A DNA stretch of 38,085 nt from NCBI GenBank assembly GCA_964195005.1, contig CAXMOO010000059.1, positions 1-38,085 on the forward strand. Reading direction: 5' to 3'. Every line of letters begins with the position of its first letter. Within the stretch, counting starts at the first letter, position 1. This document shows positions 8,952 to 18,340 of the stretch, piece after piece. A program made the translations under genes and the position numbers. The notes beneath the pieces are model-generated. The model searched no databases and was not told where the DNA came from. It was given only the letters and a program-made list of their open reading frames with translations. Origin of the DNA: an uncultured Gammaproteobacteria bacterium. Lineage in GTDB: Bacteria; Actinomycetota; Acidimicrobiia; Spongiisociales; SHLN01.

Positions 8952-9755
8952 GTGAGAAGAGCTGTTGCGGGCTGCCTAGCGGTGCTGATCATGCTGGTGT
9001 TGAGCAGTCCGGCCTGGGCGCAACAGGAGATCGCCGATGCGCTGCGGAACGACCCGGTATATGTCGCATCCGGTGCCGAGGACGTAGATCGTGCCTCTTT
9101 GCAACGGTCAATCGACGAGGCCGCCGCCTCGGGCATAGATTTAAGGGTCGTAATTCTGGCCGGAGGGAATGCCGAGCAAACTGCCGAGTCGCTCAAGGAT
9201 GAACTCGGAGCAACGGTGCTTGTCTTCACGCCCGACGCCTTTTTTGTCTCCAGCGACGAAGTCGGGCAAGGACGGCTCGGAGACGCTCTCGAATCTGCGG
9301 CCGATGAACTGGGCAGCCTCGATACCGCCGCCGGTGTGGACGCTCTGGTCAAGGATTTGGTGGCCGAGAGCAGCGGAGGGATCTCTGTCGGCTGGGTCGT
9401 GTTCATTGGCGGCGTGGTCATGTTGCTGGTTGGTATCGGCGGCCGAATGTGGGAGGTCCGCACACGGGCGAGTCGGCAGGCCAGGCGAAGGGAACGCCGC
9501 CGGGCGGAGCTCTCGCTGAGAGCTCAAGCCACGGGAGGCCAGGTGGTGGAGTTGAGTGACGCCGTGCAGCTGGCCGAGTCCAAAGAGGTGTCTGGCAGGT
9601 ACGCCCGGGCCGCGGCGATTTTCAATGACCTTGACAGAGAGCTGGCCGGGGCCGCCTCTATGAAAGATCTGGATGGCGTGGCCGAGCGGCTGAGCGAGGC
9701 CGATTCGCTGCTCGCTGAAGTGCGACGGGCGGTCCGGCCTGGACGGGAGAATTGA
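8952..9755 (+). CDS. Exported/membrane protein (signal peptide, TPM/Rv1476-like domain, TM helix, helical tail)
   Basis: GAGGGAG SD before GTG, signal peptide ending AWA, TM segment GWVVFIGGVVMLLVGIGG followed by an Arg-rich stretch. The family call is tentative. Confidence 0.7.
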   Translation: MRRAVAGCLAVLIMLVLSSPAWAQQEIADALRNDPVYVASGAEDVDRASLQRSIDEAAASGIDLRVVILAGGNAEQTAESLKDELGATVLVFTPDAFFVSSDEVGQGRLGDALESAADELGSLDTAAGVDALVKDLVAESSGGISVGWVVFIGGVVMLLVGIGGRMWEVRTRASRQARRRERRRAELSLRAQATGGQVVELSDAVQLAESKEVSGRYARAAAIFNDLDRELAGAASMKDLDGVAERLSEADSLLAEVRRAVRPGREN

Positions 9756-9756
9756 G

Positions 9757-10014
9757 CTAAGACTCCAGAATGAACCTGGCGTAATACTCCGGCCAGGCCT
9801 CGCTGCTGCCCTCGGCCTCATGAGCCTTTACTGCCGCCAATAGCAGGTAGACGATTTCGCTCCGGGTCGGTTGCCGTCCGAGGTAGTCCGGCAGCTTGTC
9901 CTCGAGGTACTCGGCGTACCACAGCGGCCATTCCGGGTCGTCGCCGTCGGTTTTGATGAAAGCCTGGTGGTGATCATGACCGGCCTGGCGGGGGATATCT
10001 GGCAGCGCTTTCAT
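9757..10014 (-). CDS. Small hypothetical protein (85 aa)
   Basis: MKALPDIPRQAGHDHHQAFIKTDGDDPEWPLWYAEYL... ATG at 10014 with TAGTCT 7 nt upstream. The longer start in the ORF track (10206) would overlap the methyltransferase. Confidence 0.7.
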   Translation of the reverse strand: MKALPDIPRQAGHDHHQAFIKTDGDDPEWPLWYAEYLEDKLPDYLGRQPTRSEIVYLLLAAVKAHEAEGSSEAWPEYYARFILES

Positions 10015-10049
10015 TCCTGGCAGACTACGCCCCGGCGGGGAGGTAACGA

Positions 10050-10769
10050 CTGTTCGGTTCCTATCAGCGGTCGGCCGAGGTTTACGACGTCTTCTACAAC
10101 ACCCTGGTCGACTACGAGGCCAACGCCGGCAAACTACGTGATCTGATTCGCGATCGGACCGAGGATCCTGCGAAGGTGTTGGAGGTGGCATCTGGGACGG
10201 GGGCATACGCCACCTGGCTCGATGAGTGGTTCGACATCACCGGTCTCGACATTTCCCCGGAGATGCTGGCAGTCGCCCGCGTTCGGCTGCCCGACAGCGT
10301 CTTCGTCGAAGCCGACATGACCGATTTTGACCTCGGGCAGGAGTTCGATTTTGTGTTTTGTCTGTTCTCCTCTATTGGGCATCTCACATCCTCCGAGCAA
10401 CTGGTGTCGAGCCTGGCGGCAATGGCGCGACATACTGCCCTCGGAGCGGTGGTCGTGGTCGAGCCATGGCTGACACCGGATGCCTGGCAGGAGGATCGCA
10501 ACCTCACGGTTAACACCGCCGAGGGGGACGACGTAACTGTTGCCCGGGTGGTGAGCTGGGTACGGTCGGGGGACATCGTCACCATGAATTGGGGCTTTGT
10601 TGTGGGTAGGCCCGACGGAGACGTGGAGGCCTACACCGAAGAGCACGTCACCAGGCTGTTCACGCACGAGGAGTATCTCGACGCTTTCACGAGCGCCGGC
10701 CTCGAAGTCGAACGCGACGGGGAGGGCCCGACGGGAAGAGGCCTGTACATCGGGACTAAACCCTCATAG
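10050..10769 (+). CDS. Class I SAM-dependent methyltransferase (TylM1/DesVI-like)
   Basis: Motif I VLEVASGTG, plus GLDISPEML, ADMTDF, CLFSSIGHL and VVEPW. The frame extends upstream of the track start (10176) through SYQRSAEVYDVFYNTLVDY to a CTG at 10050 that follows GGAGG. Confidence 0.85.
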   Translation: MFGSYQRSAEVYDVFYNTLVDYEANAGKLRDLIRDRTEDPAKVLEVASGTGAYATWLDEWFDITGLDISPEMLAVARVRLPDSVFVEADMTDFDLGQEFDFVFCLFSSIGHLTSSEQLVSSLAAMARHTALGAVVVVEPWLTPDAWQEDRNLTVNTAEGDDVTVARVVSWVRSGDIVTMNWGFVVGRPDGDVEAYTEEHVTRLFTHEEYLDAFTSAGLEVERDGEGPTGRGLYIGTKPS

Positions 10770-10875
10770 TCGCCCCGTTCGGTCCCGGCGGACGCTGCGC
10801 GAGAGAGGTGTAGACCCACTCCAGGTTCTCGCTAGCTTGGTGGTAACCGGGGCCTACCGAGACGGAACGGGATCA

Positions 10876-11232
10876 ATGGACGAAGAAAAGTCGAGCAAGG
10901 ATCGGGAACGCGAGGAACGCCTGGCCCAACGCGCCCGGCACGAAGAAGACCGCAAGGCCGCGCACGCCCGCCCCGAGGACGAGCGGCTGGCCGCCCGCTC
11001 CCGCCTTAAGGGCCAGCGTAAGGCGGAGGGCGAGCGAGAGCCCAACGATCACGCCGAGCGCGATAGGGCTGAGCGACAACGTCGCGAACAGCGCGAGGTG
11101 GCCGATCGGGCGCGACGTGAGGAGCGCGAAGCGGCCGATCGGGCGCGACGTGTGGAGCGCGAGGTGGCCGATCGGGCGCGACGTGAGGAACGTGATGCGG
11201 CTGATAGGAGACGGCGAGAACGAGATCGCTGA
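10876..11232 (+). CDS. Highly charged Arg/Glu-rich helical protein with 11-aa repeats
   Basis: ATG at 10876 (MDEEKSSKDRERE...). In-frame 33-bp repeats encode EREVADRARRE-like units. Confidence 0.55.
   Translation: MDEEKSSKDREREERLAQRARHEEDRKAAHARPEDERLAARSRLKGQRKAEGEREPNDHAERDRAERQRREQREVADRARREEREAADRARRVEREVADRARREERDAADRRRRERDR
11089..11220 (+). repeat. Tandem repeat, 4 x 33 bp (fourth copy degenerate)
   Basis: Units start at 11089, 11122, 11155 and 11188; consensus approximately GAGCGCGAGGTGGCCGATCGGGCGCGACGTGAG. Confidence 0.9.
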
Positions 11233-11546
11233 GGTCCAGGTGCCGGATTGCCCAACTGCCGGGCAGGAACCATCAAGGCACGATAGGGCGTAGGCGGAAA
11301 CGACTCCCCGGGATTTGGAATCTGGTGGGGTCCTCCCATGGGGGATCGAGTCTCTCCGCCCACACCGGGACCAGCCGGGCACTTTGGAGTGGGCTCAACC
11401 GACATGCCGGGCCCACGGCAATCACCTCGATTCTCGGTAGTCCGGGGCTCTTGCGTATATTTCGGTCAGTGGACGGCAGGGGGGTCACTCCCCGGGGGGT
11501 TGTCCGCGCAGCTGGTCCCTTCCCCTGGTTAAAGCATGGAGAACTA

Positions 11547-12746
11547 ATGAGTCGTGAAGCCGGAGTAGTTTCGATCGGGTTTCTCAGCACCTACCCGCCC
11601 ACGTCCTGCGGGATCGCGACCTTCACGGCTGCCCTGCGCCAGGCCATTTCCGACGAGCGCGGCTCTGACGACGGCCTGGGCGTAGTGCGCTTGATGGATG
11701 ATCCAACTGCCGACGCCGGACCGGAAATCGTATACGAACATCCTAACGGCGATCGTTCCTCCCTCCAGAGGGCCATCGAAACGCTCAACCAGTTCGACGT
11801 CGTGATCGTCCAACACGAGTTCGGGATCTACGGCGGGCCCGATGGGGTGGAGGTGTTGGATTTCCTCTCGGGCCTTGACATCCCGGCGATCGTCTCGCTC
11901 CATACGGTGCTCACCCGGCCCAGCTCGAGCCAGCGGTCGATCCTGGAGAGCCTGTCGGCTCTAACTGAGCGAACCGTGGTTATGAGCGATACTGCTCGTC
12001 GGCGTCTCGTAAATGGCTACGACGTCGACCCTGCTTCGGTCCGTGTCATTCCACACGGGGCGGGAACGAGGTTGGGGGGCCCTTCTCTGGCTAACGGAAC
12101 CCGGCCCGTCGTGCTCACGTGGGGCCTCATTGGGCCTGGCAAAGGGTTGGAGATGGCCATCGACGGGTTCGCCAGCCTCAAGGACATCCATCCGCTACCT
12201 CGCTATGTCATTTTGGGCAAGACCCATCCCAAGGTCCAGGCTTCACAAGGCGACGCCTATCTCAACGGGCTGATCAGCCGGGTCAATGACCTCGATTTGG
12301 GCGACATTGTCGAGTTCGACGGGCGGTACCTCGACCTCGAAAGCCTTGCTCGGGCGGTTCGGCGAGCCGATGTGGTCGTGCTGCCGTACGAATCCACCGA
12401 GCAGGTCACGTCCGGGGTGCTGGTGGAGGCAATCGCCGCCGGCAAGCCGGTAATCGCCACCACTTTCCCTCACGCTACCGAGCTACTGAGTACCGGCGCC
12501 GGCATCGTGGTTCCACACGATGATCCCCCAGCCTTGGCGGCAGCCCTCCGTGAGGTGCTGGCTCAGCCGGGGCGGGCGGCCGAGATGGCGACAGAGGCGC
12601 GGAGGATCGCTGCGACTTTGTATTGGCCCGCAATCGCGGAGAGGTATGACAATATGGCAGCGAAGCTGCTGGCGCGTCACCGGGCGACCCGCCTGCACGC
12701 CGAGACCGTGGCGCAACAGAAGGACTACCTTGCTGCCGCAGGCTGA
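11547..12746 (+). CDS. GT4-family glycosyltransferase
   Basis: Motifs STYPPTSCGIATFT, QHEFGIYGG, IPHG, WGLIGPGKG and QVTSGVLVEA..GKPVIAT. ATG at 11547 follows GGAG. Confidence 0.9.
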   Translation: MSREAGVVSIGFLSTYPPTSCGIATFTAALRQAISDERGSDDGLGVVRLMDDPTADAGPEIVYEHPNGDRSSLQRAIETLNQFDVVIVQHEFGIYGGPDGVEVLDFLSGLDIPAIVSLHTVLTRPSSSQRSILESLSALTERTVVMSDTARRRLVNGYDVDPASVRVIPHGAGTRLGGPSLANGTRPVVLTWGLIGPGKGLEMAIDGFASLKDIHPLPRYVILGKTHPKVQASQGDAYLNGLISRVNDLDLGDIVEFDGRYLDLESLARAVRRADVVVLPYESTEQVTSGVLVEAIAAGKPVIATTFPHATELLSTGAGIVVPHDDPPALAAALREVLAQPGRAAEMATEARRIAATLYWPAIAERYDNMAAKLLARHRATRLHAETVAQQKDYLAAAG

Positions 12747-13827
12747 GTCGGAGCCCGCGGTCGGCGATGGCCCGGTTGAGCAGGTCGGGTCGGCGGGCCA
12801 GAACCGCACCGGCAAGTTGCCGAGGCCCCGGTTCGATCATCTCAGACGGCTCACTACCCATCTGGGCGTCTGGGAGCACGCGCATTTCACCACTCCCCGT
12901 CCCGAGCACGGTTACTGCACCGACGACAACGCTCGGGCGCTCATCGTCATCTGTCGTCAGCCGGAGGGCTCCGCCGACCTGGTACAACTGGCTGAGACCT
13001 ACCTGACGTTCCTCGAGCAAGCACAGCTGCCCGGTGGCGGATTTCACAACCGACGCCGCTCGGATGGAGCCTGGGCAGACGAGGTGGGTTCCGATGACTC
13101 GCAAGGGCGGGCTTTGTGGGCACTCGGCTCTGTTGCCAACCGTGGCCCGACGCCATCGATGCGCCGGGCAGGGCTGGACTTGTTCACCCGGAGCAGCGAC
13201 TTCGACTCGCAGTATCCGCGGTCAAATGCCTATGCGGTGCTTGGCGCTGCCGAAATGCTCCGGGCGGCGCCGGAACACGAGCCTGCGTGGAAAATCCTCG
13301 AACGATGCGCGGGCCGCATACCCGTGGTCCCTCATGATGCTCGGTGGCCGTGGCCCGAAGACCGCCTCGCCTATGACAACGCACGTATCCCCGAGGCGCT
13401 TATGGCCGCCGGCGTGTGCACCGGCGACGACTTCCTCCTGGACAGCGGGCTCCGTCTTCTCGAGTGGCTGGTGGGAATCGAAACGCGCCGCGGCTACTTC
13501 AGCTTCGCGCCCGTGGGGGGATGGGCACCAGGTGAGCGTCGACCCGGTTTCGACCAGCAGCCCATCGAGGCAGCGGCAATGGCTGATGCCTGCAGCCGGG
13601 CCTTCTCGCTCACCGGCGACAAGCGGTGGAGGGACCTGGTCGAGCGCGCCGCGCGCTGGTTCGTGGGTGACAACGACGGAGAGGCCTTGCTTTACGACAC
13701 GACGACGGGGGGAGGCCGGGACGGCCTCACTCCCCGGGGAACCAACCTGAACCAGGGAGCGGAGTCGACACTGGCCGCCCTCGCCGCGCTCCAGCAAGCA
13801 CAAGCCCTTTCCGATCACAGCGACTGA
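12730..13827 (+). CDS. Six-hairpin-glycosidase-like protein (the domain often fused to the C-terminus of this GT4 type)
   Basis: Motifs HGYCTDDNARAL, DDSQGRALWALG, WPWPEDRLAYDNAR, FDQQPIEA and NLNQGAESTLA. Start uncertain; TTG at 12730 after AAGGA was chosen. Confidence 0.78.
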   Translation: MLPQAESEPAVGDGPVEQVGSAGQNRTGKLPRPRFDHLRRLTTHLGVWEHAHFTTPRPEHGYCTDDNARALIVICRQPEGSADLVQLAETYLTFLEQAQLPGGGFHNRRRSDGAWADEVGSDDSQGRALWALGSVANRGPTPSMRRAGLDLFTRSSDFDSQYPRSNAYAVLGAAEMLRAAPEHEPAWKILERCAGRIPVVPHDARWPWPEDRLAYDNARIPEALMAAGVCTGDDFLLDSGLRLLEWLVGIETRRGYFSFAPVGGWAPGERRPGFDQQPIEAAAMADACSRAFSLTGDKRWRDLVERAARWFVGDNDGEALLYDTTTGGGRDGLTPRGTNLNQGAESTLAALAALQQAQALSDHSD

Positions 13828-13930
13828 ACCAGCCGGATACGCTGGCCAAGGCCCCCGCGGCGCTCTAGGCTCACATTTCGCGTTCTCAGGCCGATACCCG
13901 GACGGAACCGTCTAACGATTGACGTACCGC

Positions 13931-15403
13931 ATGAAGCCCATCTCCATCACCCGCCGACGAGTTCGCTTCGTACCGGACACGCACCGGGTCATAGCCAAGC
14001 CGTACCTGCCGGGAGAGCAGGTTTTCCCGGATGGACAGTCGCGGGTTGAGCTTGTCATCAAGCGGATCCTGGCCATGCCAGAAAGTGAAGTGGCGTCGAC
14101 GCTGGCCGGTGTGCGGGAGCGTTTCGCAGATAGGCACATGGGCCTCGACAGCATTCTGGAGGGCAACTTCGCGGTGGTGGCCGACCACATAGACAACCCC
14201 GACGACCTCTCTCCGGAACGACGGCTACTCATCGGCGGCTACTTCACTCGCGAGTACTCGATCGAGGCGGCTGCCCTCACCAATCCATCGATTGTCCCGG
14301 CTCCCGATCAGTCTGGCCTGAGTTCAGGGGAACAGCGGTTCATCATGAGTCTCCGGGCGGTTGGCGAGGGGCACATCTCGTCCATCGAGTTTCGTTCTGG
14401 CGTGGTTGACGTGAGCGGAAAGATAACTATGGAGAAACCGAGCCGATATGCGACGACCGGCGACCGCAGGTCCCCTACCTACGACAAACATGTCTTCTTC
14501 GCCAAGCTAGAGGAGCTGGACGCGTTCAACGACATCGCCCGCATGTGCCTTGATCCGCTGCCCTCTCAATTCACTTTCGAGCAGCTCGAGACGGCAATTT
14601 TGGAGCTCGACCGCCGGGGCGTGGATCGTGCTATCGCCTTCCAGACAACCAAGATCATCCACTGGCTGGCGTCGTCTAACTACGAGAGCACCTTTCCGGC
14701 GGGGTCGGAGATTTCGGAAAGAGTGATCTTCCCGGCAGGACCCACCGAGAGCCACGGGATGGAGGACGCCCGCTTCGTGCGTTTCACCGATGACGACGGG
14801 ACCGTGATGTATTACGCCACCTACACCGCGTACGACGGGACCCAGATCCTTCCCCAGCTCATAGAAACCAGGGACTTCGTCTCCTTCCGAATCGCCACCC
14901 TCAATGGGAACTCCGCCCAGAACAAGGGCATTGCCTTCTTTCCGCGCAAGATCGACGGCCGATACGCTGCGCTGTCCCGCCAGGACAACGAGAACAACTA
15001 CCTCATGCTCTCAGACAACGTGCGGTTCTGGAACGACACCGAGAAGATCCAGATCCCCGACCGGCCGTGGGAACTCATGCAGATCGGCAATTGCGGGTCC
15101 CCGCTTGAAACCGAGGCCGGTTGGCTGGTGATCACGCACGGGGTTGGGCCGCTGCGGCGGTACACCCTGGGAGCCATCCTTCTTGACCTGCAGGATCCAT
15201 GTCGGGTCCTTGGTCATCTCAAGGACCCGCTTCTGGCACCCAATGAGGACGAGCGCGAAGGGTACGTACCCAACGTCCTCTATTCATGCGGCAGCATGCT
15301 TCATGGCGATCTTCTCATCCTCCCCTACGGCTTCTCGGACGCCGGAGCGGGCATCGCCACCGCCTCCCTCGACGACCTTCTGACCCGCCTCACGGAGAAG
15401 TGA
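13931..15403 (+). CDS. GH130-family glycosidase/phosphorylase with N-terminal extension
   Basis: Motifs EYSIEAAALTNPSIV, SLRAVGEGHISS, GMEDARF, YATYTAYDG, NKGIAFFPRKI, GNCGSP and EGYVPNVLYSCG. Confidence 0.88.
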   Translation: MKPISITRRRVRFVPDTHRVIAKPYLPGEQVFPDGQSRVELVIKRILAMPESEVASTLAGVRERFADRHMGLDSILEGNFAVVADHIDNPDDLSPERRLLIGGYFTREYSIEAAALTNPSIVPAPDQSGLSSGEQRFIMSLRAVGEGHISSIEFRSGVVDVSGKITMEKPSRYATTGDRRSPTYDKHVFFAKLEELDAFNDIARMCLDPLPSQFTFEQLETAILELDRRGVDRAIAFQTTKIIHWLASSNYESTFPAGSEISERVIFPAGPTESHGMEDARFVRFTDDDGTVMYYATYTAYDGTQILPQLIETRDFVSFRIATLNGNSAQNKGIAFFPRKIDGRYAALSRQDNENNYLMLSDNVRFWNDTEKIQIPDRPWELMQIGNCGSPLETEAGWLVITHGVGPLRRYTLGAILLDLQDPCRVLGHLKDPLLAPNEDEREGYVPNVLYSCGSMLHGDLLILPYGFSDAGAGIATASLDDLLTRLTEK

Positions 15404-16631
15404 TTCCTTCGCTCTCCCGGTAGCGACCGTAGAGGCGTGAAAGATTCCTAGCCGGGTCCTGCCAGTAGTCATCGGGTTCGATGTCAATCCACTCGTAGCT
15501 GCCGGGAACCTCCCCCCGGTCGGCATCGGCGAACGCCGCTACGGACGAAACGGAAGGTTTGGGGCTTCCGTCGGCGCGCCACAGCCCAAAGAAACGTTCG
15601 TGGACCGCTTCGTCGAGCGGCGGATCGCTCCAGATGGCGGGCCGGTAGTCCGAGTAGCACCACAGCATGGCCCCCGCGCACCCGGCGCGTTGCAGTTCAA
15701 CCAATGCCCGATGCGTGTATGCGGCGGCAGCCTCCTCCTCGACAAGTGGGGAGCTGCTCTGTCGCAAGGCGCTCATGGCGCCCGGATCAGAGGGCCGGTA
15801 GGTGGGCAGGCCGAATTCTGAAAATAGGAGCTCACGACCGTCTCCCAACCAGCGGGTGACGTGGGCCAAGAACGGCAGCAGATGCTCATCCGTCGGGCCC
15901 TTGGCCCAGCCGGCGTAGATCGGATAGCCGTGCATGCAGAGGAAGTCGCAGAACTCGGAGGCTTCCGCCGGTCCGAGCTTGCGGTCCTCTTCCAGATCCT
16001 CCATGTGCAGGCCAACCGTGATGAGAACCGCCTGGTCGGCATTATGGATCGCATCTGTGATGCGACTCAGCCATGCCCGGGCGGACGACCGACTGGGCGG
16101 CACCACGCAGTTGGAATTCTCGTTGCCGAGATCCCACGCCCACAAGGCGTCGTGGCCGGAGAGCGCGGTGGCTGCCTCTCTCGCCAACAAAGCGTGAGCC
16201 CCGGTAATTGCAGTGTCTGTGTACCAGTTGCGCAATCCGGGGTTGGCGACGCGCCCGCCGGACATCACCCGGAAACGGCCGCCGCCTTCCGGCCCGCCCA
16301 CCGCCCACGGGGGGATCCAGTTGACGCCGCTCATGTGTCCCGTAAAGAGGGTCGGCATGATTACCAGGCCGGCCTGGTCCGCAAGATCCGCCACGGTGAC
16401 AAGGCGCTGGAGCAACCCGGCATTCACGGTTTCGGGGGCAGGCTGGAAATCCTCCCAGAGCAGCGACAACCTGACTGAGTCGAATCCGCTTGCCGCAATC
16501 CGGGCGAAGTCGGCGCCGACTTCGGCGCCGTCGAAGTCTGTCCACCAGCCCATCGCGGTGCGGGCCGGCCAATAGTTGACACCGAGTCGAAAGCTGTTGG
16601 ATTGATCGGGTGGTTTGGTGTCAGCTGGCAT
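15390..16631 (-). CDS. Clan GH-A glycoside hydrolase (GH5, beta-mannanase-like), cytoplasmic
   Basis: GVNYWP, FTGHMSG, WDLGNE (acid/base), HGYP and FSEFG (nucleophile). No signal peptide. Confidence 0.82.
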   Translation of the reverse strand: MPADTKPPDQSNSFRLGVNYWPARTAMGWWTDFDGAEVGADFARIAASGFDSVRLSLLWEDFQPAPETVNAGLLQRLVTVADLADQAGLVIMPTLFTGHMSGVNWIPPWAVGGPEGGGRFRVMSGGRVANPGLRNWYTDTAITGAHALLAREAATALSGHDALWAWDLGNENSNCVVPPSRSSARAWLSRITDAIHNADQAVLITVGLHMEDLEEDRKLGPAEASEFCDFLCMHGYPIYAGWAKGPTDEHLLPFLAHVTRWLGDGRELLFSEFGLPTYRPSDPGAMSALRQSSSPLVEEEAAAAYTHRALVELQRAGCAGAMLWCYSDYRPAIWSDPPLDEAVHERFFGLWRADGSPKPSVSSVAAFADADRGEVPGSYEWIDIEPDDYWQDPARNLSRLYGRYRESEGITSP

Positions 16632-17700
16632 CGTCTAGTTGGGTCCGCTTCATTGAATGTAGCTCTACAACCCTGTGATAAACCGCGATGTACTCCTCCA
16701 CCATTCGGTTCGAGTCGAATCGACTCTCGACTGACTTACGCACTGCCATCCGGTCGATGGTCTCGGCGGCGTGGACGGCCGCGACCGTTTCGCCGATGGA
16801 GCCCACGAGGTAGCCATTCTCACCCTGGCGGACAATTTCCGACATCGACCCTCGCCGGCGGGCGATGACCGGCGTTCCACAGGCCATCGCCTCGACCACG
16901 CTAAAGCCGAACGGTTCGTCGAAGTTGATGAGATGCAGGAGCGCCCGGGCTCCACCGAGCAAGTCGTCGCGGAGATCCGGGCCGACCGGACCGACGTACT
17001 TGATCCGATCTCCGTCCAGCTTGGGCTCTACGAGCCGCGCGAAATAGTCATCGTCCTGGATGATGCCCGCAATCGTCAACGGCATTCCTGCCTGTTGGGC
17101 TACCTCGATGGCCTCCGCTGTGCCCTTCTCGGGATGGATACGCCCGAAGAACAGCAGGTAGTCTCCCGTCCCCTGTCGCAAAACAAACTCCTGCATGTCG
17201 ATGCCATGGTGGATGGTGGCAATGTATTCGAGGTTCTCATGCCGGTCTGCTTCGCTGATCGCCACGTAGTAGCTGCGCTGGTTGTACTTCTCGAATACGG
17301 GCAAGATTCTCTCCGACGAGAATCCGTGAATTGTGGTGACGACCGGAGTGTCGACCAGGCTGCTGTAAGTGAGCGGTAGGTAATCGAAGCTGTTGTGGAT
17401 CACATCGAACGCTTCGGCTCGCTCGAACACCTCCGAGATATGCAGGCACTCCCAGACCTTCGGGTCCAATCCCGGGTCTTCGGAGTATCCACGGGGAGCC
17501 GTCCCTACTAGATGCGCTCCTGTGACCGAGTCGGCGGTGGCAAACAGAGTGACGTCGACACCCCGGGCCACCAGCCCTTCGGTCAGAAGGGACACGAACT
17601 GCTCCCACGGTCCATAGTGGCGCGGGGGCACTCGCCATGAGATCGGGGCAAGCAGTGCCACCCGGAGTTGCCTGTTTGACGGCGCCGCAGACGAAGTCAC
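16621..17700 (-). CDS. GT4-family glycosyltransferase
   Basis: Motifs VPPRHYGPWE, TTIHG, FFGRIHPEKG and EPFGFSVVEAMACGTPV. GTG at 17700 taken as the approximate start. Confidence 0.88.
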   Translation of the reverse strand: MTSSAAPSNRQLRVALLAPISWRVPPRHYGPWEQFVSLLTEGLVARGVDVTLFATADSVTGAHLVGTAPRGYSEDPGLDPKVWECLHISEVFERAEAFDVIHNSFDYLPLTYSSLVDTPVVTTIHGFSSERILPVFEKYNQRSYYVAISEADRHENLEYIATIHHGIDMQEFVLRQGTGDYLLFFGRIHPEKGTAEAIEVAQQAGMPLTIAGIIQDDDYFARLVEPKLDGDRIKYVGPVGPDLRDDLLGGARALLHLINFDEPFGFSVVEAMACGTPVIARRRGSMSEIVRQGENGYLVGSIGETVAAVHAAETIDRMAVRKSVESRFDSNRMVEEYIAVYHRVVELHSMKRTQLDDAS

Positions 17701-17927
17701 ACGGCGAGGGTAGCCCTGCCCTCGGAGCGCGGATGCGGAAGACGCGAACCTGGAAGCGCGTCCGGGCCGGCGGGTTGCGTTGCAGAGGCCCCAGGCCCTC
17801 TGAATCGCGCTGGCCCCCCAATCGCCACGCGCTGCCACCGGAGGCGATGCCTCGCGCCGATGGGAGTGGGACACCCGATCAGTAGCATCGGTTGTACCAA
17901 CGATTCTCTACCCGGGAGGAAACGTCG

Positions 17928-18191
17928 GTGAGCGCCAGCCCATCCTCGCCTAGTGACAGCCACGTCGTGACCACGATGACGGAAGGCAGATCTGCCACTC
18001 ACGACGACTACGACACGTTTGAGGAGGCGATGGCTCAGGCTCGCGCCGAAATCGTCGAGGCGACCCGCCTCACTTTCCACAACAAGACTCTGGTGGTCGT
18101 GTCCGACGACCAGAACCGTATCCTGGGGGCGGCAGCCAGCGATGGCTGGGAGGTCGATTACCGGCCGGGATCGGCTCCTGAAATGCACTGA
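17928..18191 (+). CDS. Small hypothetical protein
   Basis: GGGAGGA SD before an in-frame GTG at 17928. No recognisable motif. Confidence 0.5.
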   Translation: MSASPSSPSDSHVVTTMTEGRSATHDDYDTFEEAMAQARAEIVEATRLTFHNKTLVVVSDDQNRILGAAASDGWEVDYRPGSAPEMH

Positions 18192-18310
18192 GAGGCAGCG
18201 GGCCAATAACGGGAGACCCCTTGCTCGCCACATATCGTGCGACCGACAGCGACGGGCATGATTGGGGGGCTGCCTAACGGGGAGCACCGGCGCGAAGAGT
18301 CGAACAACCG

Positions 18311-18332
18311 TGTCACACCGCACCGTTACCAT
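18311..18332 (+). promoter_or_regulatory. RecA-NDp/PafBC-like DNA-damage promoter of the nurA operon
   Basis: TGTCAC-N10-TACCAT, ending 8 nt before the nurA ATG. Confidence 0.7.
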
Positions 18333-18340
18333 CTCTTCCA

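Noticed and set aside
11089-11220. CRISPR array
   Set aside because: The 33-bp units are head-to-tail with no unique spacers and stay in a reading frame.
11300-11500. GC-rich palindromes upstream of the GT4 gene and the longer ORF start at 11325
   Set aside because: The stems are short, imperfect G/C runs expected by chance. GT4 similarity begins only after ATG 11547.
18300-18315. LexA SOS box upstream of nurA
   Set aside because: Only the left half (TCGAAC) matches TCGAAC-N4-GTTCGA; the right half (GTGTC) is better explained by the RecA-NDp-like hexamer.
10770-18340. Mobile genomic island carrying the glycosyltransferase cluster
   Set aside because: The content looks accessory, but I found no integrase, transposase, tRNA or flanking direct repeats.
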